A stretch of 61,995 nt of DNA, counting the filler, from Stramenopiles sp. TOSAG23-2 (Eukaryota), in NCBI GenBank assembly GCA_900128395.1. It is 23 parts of 23 records of this genome, joined end to end, with 100 filler letters (N's around TTAATTAATTAA, not from the genome) between each part and the next. Parts side by side here need not be neighbours in the genome. Positions count along the whole stretch, not along the records: positions 24,403 to 27,005 come from LT651630.1; positions 27,106 to 29,708 come from LT651631.1; positions 29,809 to 32,411 come from LT651632.1; positions 32,512 to 35,114 come from LT651633.1; positions 35,215 to 37,813 come from LT651634.1; 18 more parts are not named here. The stretch is one strand, 5' to 3'. The notes beneath the pieces are model-generated. The model was not told the origin of the DNA. It ran no database searches and worked only from the letters and a program-made list of their open reading frames with translations. Position numbers and translations under genes: made by a program. Numbering within the stretch: position 1 is the stretch's first letter; each line of letters starts with the position of its first letter. Below are positions 25,223 through 36,927 of this stretch, piece after piece.

Positions 25223-26320
25223 GATATCTCGGGACGTGTTAGTGTGTTAGTGTGTATAAGAAATATATATGCGTTTCTTTCTCACTTTCTCGCTCTCTCC
25301 ACTGCCTATTATTACCATACTAATAATTTACAACAATTTATTAAAAAAAACATAAAAAACATAAAATACACACACATTTATCCAATTGGATCATGTGTTG
25401 GGGCAGATAGACAAACATAAAGATAGATACGACATATATACAAACAAGCAATCAGATAGATATAACAAACAATAAAACAACTTGTATTTAACAAACAATA
25501 ATATAAAAGATATATAATCATCATTTTTATAAAAGATATATATATATTATATATAACAAACATAAAAGATATATAGATATTTATAAATATCATAAGAAAC
25601 AAGATATATATAAAAAAGTGTAAAGACAAACGTATTAATATTATTATAGTATATATATATATATTTATTTAAAAAGAAAGCAAATATGTACTCAACGAAA
25701 ATACAATTTCCAAATTCAGTCGATATGACAGGAGGAAAAATATCAAGGACGACGGTGTTATAAAAAATACAAAAAATACGAGTACGTACAAAAAAGAAAA
25801 TATGACAATTTTATACAATTATTAATGTGTGATAATAAAAAGAAGAAAAAGAGTCTCGCTCGTATGATGTATATATAGATATCATATACATTTTAACAAA
25901 AAAATGAAAAAATAAGATGTGTGGTGTGTGTAAAAAATTATTAAAAATTCGGTATGATACGTATATCATTAATATTAACTGTTTGTACACATTAATAAAA
26001 TATACACGTATAAGGTAATAAAATTACACACAAGATTTTAAAATAAAAAGAAAAAAGAATGCTGAAATGCCTCCTACGAATATAAACTCCTCTCATCTCT
26101 CACCTCTCACTATACGTATCTCTCATCTCTCTTTTTGAACTGGAGAGGCTTTTGACCTTACTTTTTAGACTAATTTATCAGAGATCAGAGTTAGAGTAGA
26201 GAGGCTCAAACCGAAAAATCATGTAAAACCAGTGCTAAAAACAGTCTATGCTGTGTTCATAGTAATATATTTGTAAGGTTTACCCTTGTACACTAATAAA
26301 ACGTCCGAAAAAACACACAA

Positions 26321-27005
26321 TTATTCGTTTAAAATGTTGCTAAATTTTTTATACCATGGATGGAATGCTTTAATGCCATTTGGACCTTCCTTTAATTTAT
26401 TAAATGCATCGAGAACCATTTCACGTCCTAATGGATTGTTTTGTAACATTAAACAATGGCCTAAATTACCTTTTGTGTTTAGTGTTTCATGGTGGTTTTG
26501 TCCTAACATTTCTTTAAAACCTTCTAATGCACGTCGAAATAATGATTCAGCTTCATCAAATTTATTTTGTTTTTTTAACAATGAAGCAAGATTGTTGACT
26601 GATATTAATGTATATGAATGTTTTGCTCCTAACATTTCTTCATAACCTTCTAATGCACGTTTATATAATAATTCAGCTTCATCTAATTTATTTTGTTTTG
26701 AGAACAATAAAGCAAGATTATTGACTGTTGTTAATGTAGATGAATGTTTTGGTCCTAATATTTCTTCTTGACCTTCTAATGCACGTTTATATAATAATTC
26801 AGCTTCATCTAATTTATTTTGTTTTTCGAACAATAAAGCAAGATTATTGACTGTTGATAATGTTTTTGAATGTTTTGGTCCTAACATTTCTTCTCGACCT
26901 TTTAATGCACGTTTATATAATAATTCAGCTTCATCTAATTTATCTTGGTCTTCGAACAATCCAGCAAGATTATTGACTGTTGTTAATGTATCTGAATGTT
27001 TTCGT
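26321..27005 (-). CDS. Kinesin-light-chain/NPHP3-type 42-aa TPR repeat protein, C-terminal part
   Basis: Repeats of H..TL.TVNNLA.L...Q.KLDEAELLYKRAL.G.EE.LG. Confidence 0.92.
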
Positions 27006-27105
27006 NNNNNNNNNNNNNNNNNNNNNNNNNNNNNNNNNNNNNNNNNNNNTTAATTAATTAANNNNNNNNNNNNNNNNNNNNNNNNNNNNNNNNNNNNNNN
27101 NNNNN

Positions 27106-29278
27106 CGTGACATGCAATTGAAACGTCGTTAGTAAAGTATGTTCCTGACACTCAGTTGTCATCAACTTACTCTTACGTTTGGCTCTATACATGTATAAAT
27201 GAGAATCGAACCTATTTTTGTATTAATATTTTTATCGACTTGAGATATATTGTATTGATTATACCCCATTTTGCAATGTATTTTAACATGCCTGAAAAAG
27301 GCCTAAAAATCCAAATCGATTTTCATTCACAATAATTTTAACGGGACCTAGAAATCTTCATTTTAAACATGCAACATAAAAAATTTTGATAAAATGTCGT
27401 AGTTTCTATATCGTAGGTGATATATTTAACTTTTCTCCGAGAGTTTACATGTATAATTATGTTTTTAAAGAAAAGTGCTGAAAAATATATTTAACTTTTC
27501 TCTGAGAGTTTACATGTATAATTATGTTTTTAAAGAAAAGTCCTGAAAAAAAATTTTAAATCGTACATTAGCATGGAGTTAGTATTAGAGCACTTTTTCA
27601 TCACAATGGTGAAAATCATGAAAGGTTGAAAACTATCATTGAAGTTATTCATTTTAGACTTTGAAACGTTGTATATCCGTTACTTATTACGTATAAAATG
27701 TCTGTAGGTCGTGGTCTGGGGAGTTTACCGTTAGAACCTTGTTTACTAAAAATATTGTGCATTTTGATCATTTACGTTAGGGTTAGAGATGCTAGCACTA
27801 CTCAGCACTGCGGGGTCATACCCGTACATGACGGGACCTCTCACTCTATTTTTCAACACCAACATACACTCACACAAATGCCATTTCTACACTTTCCCAT
27901 TATATACAAAGCTGAAACCAATACCTAAAAGTCGTATACTGACCACCTAAACAATCCCCGACTGTTCTCCTGTCCATACATCACGTATAAGCCGAGCTTT
28001 ATACCGATATGTGATTTTCAAGATCGGGTTAGTTTAGGGTTACAGACCAAAAAAATGACCAAAATATTGAAATTTTTTCAGAAATATCACCAAAATACAA
28101 TGTGTCGATTTTTTCTATCTAAATCTTCTACAAATTAATTCGAAATAAGATACATCTCTCAACACATGTCTAAAGGAAAGAAGTACATGAATATTTCGAT
28201 CAAATTATGTTTTAAATGAAACTGACAAGGTAACGAATTTTTTTCAAAATGATGATTTTTTTTCAAATTAGCAAGGACATAGGCTGGACTAAAAATGGAA
28301 AATTTGAAAATTACAAAAGGTAGTTTTTTACATATAAATATACATAACTTTCGCAAAACAAGTATCTACGATGAATTTATATATGATTAGTAATAAATTT
28401 ACGAGATATATCAATATTCCTGCATCTACTTCATATTTGAATAACCGTTAAAAGTTGAAAAAAACGCGTAACCCAGATCTAATTATGTTTTAAATGAAAC
28501 TGACAAGGTAACGAAATTTTTTCAAAATGATGATTTTTTTTCAAATTAGCAAGGACATAGGCTGGACTAAAAATGGAAAATTTGAAAATTGCAAAAGGTA
28601 GTTTTTTACATATACATATACATAACTTTCGCAAAACAAGTATCTACGATCAATTTATATATGATTAGTAATAAATATACGAGATATATCAATATTCCTA
28701 TATCTACTTCATATTTGAATAACCGTTAAAAGTTGAAAAAAACGCGTAACCCTATAGCTGTAACACTACTTGATAGGTGATTTTCACTTGTAGTGTCGGC
28801 TCTGTCTTACATTTTTTAGTACAAAAATATTATACTAAATTATTGATAGGTTTCAATATTCCAAAAACGATATTTACAATTTATGTAAAAAATGACATTT
28901 CCATTTAAAATATGATATTTTGTATGATTTCATGTTAATGGTATTTATATGTAATTTTAAGAAAAGGATGAAATTGTTAAAATGACGATGTAATTATTAC
29001 CTGTATTTTGTGTTTTTAAAAATGGATATTTTCATAATTTAATGATTTCTATGAATTTTATAGTTTATTTTAGTCATTTCTGTAAATTAATAATTTATTT
29101 AAGTACAAATTTTAACGGTGTTTTTAAAAATGGATATTTTTATAATTTAATGATTTCTATGAATTTTATAGTTTGTTTTCGTCATTTCGGTAAATTAATA
29201 ATTTATTTAAGTATAAATTTTAATGTAAAAATTTGATGCCAGAAATTCTGCTATCCCTAATTTCTGAAAACGTGAAAT
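27106..29278 (+). repeat. Long non-coding dispersed or tandem repeat family, copy 1
   Basis: Colinear, high-identity match to 59825-61995; no ORF longer than about 80 aa. Confidence 0.95.
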
Positions 29279-29808
29279 GTCAAAATTATTTTGCCAATTG
29301 ATAGGAAAAATGGTATACTAGTGGAGCCTAAGTTTAAAAAGGTATTTTCAATGTTTTTCCTTTGTTTTCATGTAATGAAATGAAAAATCCATGTGATTGT
29401 AGATGTAATTCAAGAATTTAGGTTGAAAATGATGATTTTAGTGAAATTTGATGGAAAATATGCGAGTTGTAATGATATGTACATGGTATTTCTCGAAACT
29501 GGTATAAAAAAGCACCGCCGCCTCGCCAAGAACAGAAAAATAATGAATAAACAACATAGAATTGCAATTAAATAATAAATAAAATAATATTTGAACTGTG
29601 TGTGTGGAATCATTTATTCACACATCGTAACAAACATAGAGAACACAATATATATATATATATATACATATATTAATTATTTAGCACAATTTATATATAC
29701 AATTAATANNNNNNNNNNNNNNNNNNNNNNNNNNNNNNNNNNNNNNNNNNNNTTAATTAATTAANNNNNNNNNNNNNNNNNNNNNNNNNNNNNNNNNNNN
29801 NNNNNNNN

Positions 29809-31142
29809 TTTTCCACAACATTTTTTTAATAATATTTATATCATTATGAACTATTGTATTTGTACCATCTGCATGATGTAATACACAATTATTTATATTA
29901 TATATATTATTTATATTATAATCAGTATTATTTTCAGTTAGAAATAATAATTCAATAAATGCATTGATCACTTTACGTGTTTCTTTTGTTGTTTGTTGTT
30001 GTTGTTTATTATTATTGATAATATTATCAATGATTGATGATGTAGATGGAGGACGTAAATATATTTTTTCAAGTATTCTTGCAACATATTCTTCATTATT
30101 GTTATATATTGATACTTCTTTTGCAGCTTGTTTTGTACTAATCCTACCATTAGATGGTGCAAATGATAATTTTGAATATTCAAGCATTTCATTATCATTT
30201 GTTGAATCACCAAAACTAATCACTTCTGAACCATCATCGTTTTTATGAAGATATTGACAAAGAAATTTTAATGCCTCTCGTTTTCCAAGATTTGACATAA
30301 CAATTTCACATTGTGGAATAACACCACCATGTCCCATTCCAGTACGTTGTACTTTTAATTGATCTTGATACCCTAATTCAATAATCATTTCTTCCATTTC
30401 TATCATAAATGAAGCTTCTGATTTTATTTTCGTATCAATCGATACAATTGATATACGTTGTGCATCACCATGTATTTGTACTTGTTCAATTAATTTTGTA
30501 TAATTAATATCACCTTTTACTATAGTTGTTATTGAACTATACCAATCATATAATTCATCCGTCAAATCAGTTTTCATAAATGCTAACCATGCTTCATCAC
30601 ATGTTCCATTACTTGAATCTATGAAAAAATGATCATAATCAATATCTAAACATATATTTTGTAATGTTTTTGGATTCTTTTCTTCTTTATTTACCTTTGA
30701 AATATGTTGGATAACATTTAATATTATATTTTTTGGTATCCATTTTTTACGTATAATATTAAAATCTTTATCTAAAATAATACTACCATTACCACATATA
30801 GTATATTGATTTTTTAATGTATCGTATATATTTTTAACAGATGCACTTTCTCTTCCTGTATTTAAAACAACAATTGGTAAATCGTTTAAATACCGTTGAT
30901 TGTTTTTATCTTGATTACGTATGGTAAAGTTACGTAATGTTTGTATTGTCCGTCTACCCAGGGTTGAATGGTCATTTAAAATCTTTTGAATGTTATATTT
31001 TTATGTTAGTTAAATAAAGAGCTGATATAAATAATATGGAAATTTGTAATAATAAATGCATGAATGTTTTTTTTTTTTTAGTTCTACTTACCGTTCCATC
31101 GATATCCAACGATATGATCGATGGCAACGTTGATTTCTTCAT
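29809..31142 (-). CDS. Cof-type HAD (subfamily IIB) hydrolase with a C-terminal extension, 3'-partial; intron at 31091-30983
   Basis: Spliced MKKSTLPSIISLDIDGT-ILND (motif I), NTGR (II), GNG, GKREAL (III), FGDSTNDNEML (IV). Confidence 0.9.
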
Positions 31143-31342
31143 CTTTTCTGTTGATTAAATTATATTGTTGTTGTTGTTGTTGTTGTTCCATTTCTCTACA
31201 CATGAGGCACCTCAATCTATGGGGGAAATATATACCCCGATATAATTTTTACTGTGCCGGCCAGTCGTAATATTGTTGTTGTTGTTGTTGTTGTTCCATT
31301 TCTCTACACATGAGGCACCTCAATCTATGGGGGAAATATATA

Positions 31343-31574
31343 CCCCGATATAATTTTTACTGTGCCGGCCAGTCGTAAATTTTCGGTACAAATTTGTTGG
31401 TATACTTAACCACTATATTACTATCAAATACACAAATTAATCGGTTTTCAGGTTTTCGAGTGGTTGAGTTTTGGATTAATTTGTGTTTTTGATAGTTAAT
31501 ATAATGTTTAAGTATACTAAAAAAGTTGTACCGAAAATTTACGACTGGCCGGCACAGTAAAAATTATATCGGGG
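31343..31574. mobile_element. Fold-back MITE, full-length reference copy (232 bp) flanked by TA on both sides
   Basis: tatata|CCCCGATATAATTTTTACTGTGCCGGCCAGTCG...CGACTGGCCGGCACAGTAAAAATTATATCGGGG|tatata; arms about 100 bp, outer ~48 bp perfectly inverted. Confidence 0.95.
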
Positions 31575-31754
31575 TATATATCGTTTTTTTTTGTAAAAAT
31601 TGCCAATTTTATTTTTCATATCTTTGTGTAAAAAATAGCAAATATCCGAAAATGTAGAAACAGTAGCAGTGCTATATACGCTCTAAAACCGTGTAAAAAA
31701 TGTACAAACCGTGTAAAAAATCAAAAAGAAAAAATGTACATTTAACACTATTCA

Positions 31755-32013
31755 CTATGGGGGAAATATTCATCATTTTTTCGTTCTGATATCTTTACAT
31801 CTTACTGTGTATATGAGTCACAGTCCAAAAAAAGTATAGATTTGACAAACACAGCTTTTGGATAATTTTCGGTAAATATGTTTAAATATACTTAAACACT
31901 ACATACATTATCAAATACATAACTTAATCGTTTTCTACACTAATTTGATCTAATTTTTTAGTTTTTTGGATTTTGATAGAAAATATAATTGTTTCAATAT
32001 CGAAAATTATCGA
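31755..32013. mobile_element. Degenerate older relative of the MITE
   Basis: Colinear blocks aattttcggta / tatacttaaacact / tatcaaataca / ttaatcg / ttttggatt / ttgatag / cgaaaatt shared with 31343-31574. Confidence 0.6.
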
Positions 32014-32129
32014 ATCTTAGTGATAATCTATAAAATATAAGGCCATGAAACAAACAAAAAAACAAAAAAATTATTTATTATAGCTTTTTTACAAATACAT
32101 TCATAGAAAAGGGTTCAACAGATAGACGT

Positions 32130-32411
32130 ATGTGCATAGATAATCTAGATCATTTTATTTTAAGAAAAGTGGATTTAGTTAGAGGACTAGTATCGAAAAA
32201 AAAAATTAGATACGTCGATAAACAACATAGTTTCAATTTAGATTTAAGCTATATACCAAGTGGTGTTCCATTTCCAACGTTGCCAATCGATTCATCGTAT
32301 GATGGATTTAGTTAGAGGACTAGTATCGAAAAAAAAAATTAGATACGTCGATAAACATCGAAAAAAAAAATTAGATACGTCGATAAACAACATAGTTTCA
32401 ATTTAGATTTA
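32130..32411 (+). CDS. PTEN/TPTE-like phosphatase N-terminal fragment, scrambled by local duplications
   Basis: LVRGLVSKKKIRYVDKQHSFNLDLSYI matches the PTEN N-terminal VSxxKxRY...FDLDLTYI motif. Confidence 0.75.
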
Positions 32412-32511
32412 NNNNNNNNNNNNNNNNNNNNNNNNNNNNNNNNNNNNNNNNNNNNTTAATTAATTAANNNNNNNNNNNNNNNNNNNNNNNNNNNNNNNNN
32501 NNNNNNNNNNN

Positions 32512-35114
32512 AATGAGTCTACCATCGAAGTAAATAAAGATGATGATGATAAAGACATACAAGCACAGGAAAAGCAAGAAGAACAACAAGAGGTGGAGGA
32601 AGAAGAACCTGTATCAATAGAATCAACTACAAATGAGTCTACCATCGAAGTAAATAAAGATGATGATGACGATAAAGTCATACAAGCACAGGAAAAACAA
32701 GAAAAAGAACCTGTATCAATAGAATCAACTACAAATGTGTCTACCATCGAAGTAAATAAAAATGATGATGATAAAGACATACAAGAACAACAAGAAGAAG
32801 AGGAAGAAGAAGAAGAAGAAAAAGAAAAACAAGAGGTGGAGGAAGAAGAACCTGTATCAATAGAATCAACTACAAATGAGTCTACCATCGAAGTAAATAA
32901 AGATGATGATGATAAAGACATACAACAAGAACAAGAACAAGAAGAAGAGGGAAAACAACAAGAGGTGGAGGAAGAAGAACCTGTATCAATAGAATCAACT
33001 ACAAATGAGTCTACCATCGAAGTAAATAAAGATGATGATGATAAAGACATACTACAAGAACAACAAGAAGAAGAGGGAAAACAACAAGAGGTGGAGGAAG
33101 AAGAACCTGTATCAATAGAATCAACTACAAATGAGTCTACCATCGAAGTAAATAAAGATGATGATGATAAAGACATACAACAAGAACAACAAGAAGAAGA
33201 AGAAAAAGTAGAGGAAGAAAAACAAGAGGTGGAGGAAGAAGAACCTGTATCAATAGAATCAACTACAAATGAGTCTACCATCGAAGTAAATAAAGATGAT
33301 GATGATCAAGACATACAAGCACAGGAAAAACAAGAAGATGAAGAAGAGGAAGAAGAGGAAGAAGAACCTGTATCAATAGAATCAGCTACAAATGAGTCTA
33401 CCGTCGAAGTACATAAAAATGATGATGATAAAGACATACAAGCACAAGAGGAAGAAGAGGAAGAAGAAAAAGAAACACAAGAGGTGGAGAAAGAAGAACT
33501 TGTATCAATAGAATCAGCTACAAATGAGTCTACCATCGAAGTAAATAAAGATGATGATGACGATAAAGACATACAAGAACAACAACAAGAAGAAGAACAA
33601 CAACAAGAACAACAAGAAGTGGATGAAGAACAACGAGAGGTGGAGGAAGAAGAACCTGTATCAATAGTATCAGCTACGAATGAGTCTACCATCGAAGTAA
33701 ATAAAGATGATGATGATGATAAAGACATACAAGCACAAGAGGAAGAAGAGGAAGAAGAAAAAGAAACACAAGAGGTGGAGAAAGAAGAACTTGTATCAAT
33801 AGAATCAGCTACAAATGAGTCTACCATCGAAGTAAATAAAGATGATGATGATGATAAAGACATACAAGCACAAGAGGAAGAAGAGGAAGAAGAAAAAGAA
33901 ACACAAGAGGTGGAGAAAGAAGAACTTGTATCAATAGAATCAGCTACAAATGAGTCTACCATCGAAGTAAATAAAGATGATGATGATGATAAAGACATAC
34001 AAGCACAAGAGGAAGAAGAGGAAGAAGAAAAAGAAACACAAGAGGTGGAGAAAGAAGAACTTGTATCAATAGAATCAGCTACAAATGAGTCTACCATCGA
34101 AGTAAATAAAGATGATGATGATAAAGACATACAACAAGAACAACAAGACCAGTCTGTATTGATAGAGTCTGTTACTACACAAGAGACTAATCAAAATGAT
34201 ATACAAATACAAAAAGAAGTACAAATAAATAATATGGACAAGGATGAAATATCAAATAATACGACGACAAATGTGGGTACTGTAGAGTCTACAAATGGTA
34301 TCACAACAAGTGTAATTGTAGATAAGCATAATGGGGAAACTAAAATAGTGACACAACAGTCTTTACTAGATGATCGTACCAGAACAGGATTCTCAGTTGG
34401 CGATTCTGTAACTATACATGATAAGGATGGTGATAAACTTTGGTCTGCTACTATTTACAGTGTAAATGAATCGGATTTAGAGGTACGATGGGATGATGGA
34501 GATACAAGTAATAGATTGCATCCATTTGATGTACCAACACTTGTAAATAAAGATGATGATGATCAAGACATACAACAAGAACAACAAGACCAGTCTGTAT
34601 TGATAGAGTCTGTTACTACACAAGAGACTAATCAAAATGATATACAAATACAAAAAGAAGTACAAATAAATAATATGGACAAGGATGAAATATCAAATAA
34701 TACGACGACAAATGTGGGTACTGTAGAGTCTACAAATGGTATCACAACAAGTGTAATTGTAGATAAGCATAATGGGGAAACTAAAATAGTGACACAACAG
34801 TCTTTACTAGATGATCGTACCAGAACAGGATTCTCAGTTGGCGATTCTGTAACTATACATGATAAGGATGGTGATAAACTTTGGTCTGCTACTATTTACA
34901 GTGTAAATGAATCGGATTTAGAGGTACGATGGGATGATGGAGATACAAGTAATAGATTGCATCCATTTGATGTACCAACACTTGTAAATAAAGATGATGA
35001 TGATCAAGACATACAAGCACAACAAGAAGAAGAGGGAAAACAACAAGAGGTAGAGGAAAAAGAACCTGTATCAATAGAATCAACTACAAATGAGTCTACC
35101 ATCGAAGTAAATAA
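32512..35114 (+). CDS. Very acidic tandem-repeat protein (internal fragment) with ~40-aa repeats and two identical 147-aa units containing a Tudor/SH3-like barrel
   Basis: Open across the contig; repeat EEEEPVSIESTTNESTIEVNKDDDDKDIQ; 441-bp duplication at 34102/34543/34984; FSVGDSV...WSATI..V....LEVRWDDGD. Confidence 0.85.
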
Positions 35115-35691
35115 NNNNNNNNNNNNNNNNNNNNNNNNNNNNNNNNNNNNNNNNNNNNTTAATTAATTAANNNNNNNNNNNNNNNNNNNNNNNNNNNNNN
35201 NNNNNNNNNNNNNNAACATAAAAAACATTTTATAATAATACATTTTATATAATAATCAATATATCTAAATTTCAACTATTTTTTTCGATTTTCGATCGGG
35301 AAACCAAAAAAATACCTTACATAATTTATCACCAAAATACAGCCCTATTTAGCACCATCACAGCATTAAATAGCATAGATAGAGCATTAAAAATTGAACG
35401 AAATCCAGAAACAGCGCTTGTATGAGTATATATTTGAAGCCCAGCAATCAAGCTTCAGCTACGCGGCGGGGCTAATAATCGTGCATGCCCTAAGGCATGC
35501 TAATTATTATTTGATGAAATTATTGAAGTATAGATTATGACAGTAAAATATATAGACTAATAAAAACAAACACACATGGCCATACTACAGTATGTAGAAA
35601 TACATATAGATCCACTTTCATTACATCCATATATAATGGTACATTAATATTATCCCCACTGCAATATTATACGCAAAATACACTATCAGTC

Positions 35692-36927
35692 ATGTCAACT
35701 TTATCCTATATCAAAAATAATATTTCATCATGTAATGAATGTCCAATAGAACAAGATCATGATTATTTTGCTACATGTGATATTTCAAATAAGAATGTTA
35801 TATGTAAATGTAAAATACCTTTTATCTTTAATGATGATCAAACAAAATGTATTCATGTATTTCAAGATGATATTCCAATATATTTCATACATTATATGAT
35901 ACTAATACCAGCACATTTTTACTTATTAATGTCAGCTCTACGTTTATATATTTATAAAGTAAAGAAATATTATGAACGAAAGAAACCAAAACATTTATGT
36001 GAAAAATTATTAATATTAATTAACGGGAATGCGGTAATTTCTGGAATATTATTAGGAATTTTATTTTTATTATGCAAAGGTATACGAGAATTGCTTTTTG
36101 TATGGGTAAAACCCCGATCATACGAAATTTTATCAGCTTCATTTTATTTTCTATGCGCAACGGGCACATTGTTGTTTTATAAGTTTTCTATATTGACAAG
36201 AGGTAGGATCAAGAAGAAATTGCTAATTAGAAAAGTTTTATGTAATTTGTCTTTATGTTTTTGTTTTATTGGATACATGGTACTGGTGGTTGGGACATTT
36301 GTGAAAGACTGGCCATCAATCTTAACTGATATATTTAAGACTTATATGATGGGTGTCTATGCATTGTTATTAATTGTTGGAATAATATATTTTGGAAAGA
36401 AAATTACATTACAAGTGGCAACATATAAAAGATCATCTACTATAAGACATATGCGAACAAGTTCCTTTACTGGGCTAAAAGAAAGAAAAAAAATACAAAT
36501 TTTGATAGTAATGAAACATTATTTAAAATTTTTAGGATTATATTTAGTATTTAACATTTCGTTGGTCATATTTGATAGTAGATCATTGTACAATGACGAA
36601 TGGCATCCATATTCAAAGCAAAAACAATTGATTTTCATTATAATATGGCGAATTAGCGATTATATCTTGTTTATTTCCGTACTCAGAATATTCGAAGGTA
36701 CAACACATTCGAGGATATTTCCATGGTTACATTTTTGCAATAAATATGTTGATGAAGGTGACCACAGGCGGCAAATTGTTGGTATGAATACCATTATTGA
36801 TACAGAGGTAGAAATAACATCATTTAGAAATAAAAAATTACCAAACGAAGTCATTAATCCCATGGTCAAAAATTTAAGACTCTTTGAGGTTGGAGAAGGT
36901 GAACAAGCGTCATCATATATTTCTTAA
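35692..36927 (+). CDS. Multi-pass (about 7 TM) membrane protein with an N-terminal EGF-like Cys cluster; GPCR-like
   Basis: C..C.........C.......CKC...F......KC followed by about 7 hydrophobic segments; complete ORF. Confidence 0.7.
   Translation: MSTLSYIKNNISSCNECPIEQDHDYFATCDISNKNVICKCKIPFIFNDDQTKCIHVFQDDIPIYFIHYMILIPAHFYLLMSALRLYIYKVKKYYERKKPKHLCEKLLILINGNAVISGILLGILFLLCKGIRELLFVWVKPRSYEILSASFYFLCATGTLLFYKFSILTRGRIKKKLLIRKVLCNLSLCFCFIGYMVLVVGTFVKDWPSILTDIFKTYMMGVYALLLIVGIIYFGKKITLQVATYKRSSTIRHMRTSSFTGLKERKKIQILIVMKHYLKFLGLYLVFNISLVIFDSRSLYNDEWHPYSKQKQLIFIIIWRISDYILFISVLRIFEGTTHSRIFPWLHFCNKYVDEGDHRRQIVGMNTIIDTEVEITSFRNKKLPNEVINPMVKNLRLFEVGEGEQASSYIS

Noticed and set aside
27698..27928. Short ORF conserved in both long-repeat copies (also 60537-60785)
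   Set aside because: Conservation follows from overall DNA identity; many substitutions are non-synonymous and no domain is recognisable
32460..34130. Long Ser/Cys-rich antisense ORFs
   Set aside because: Shadow frames of the acidic repeat gene
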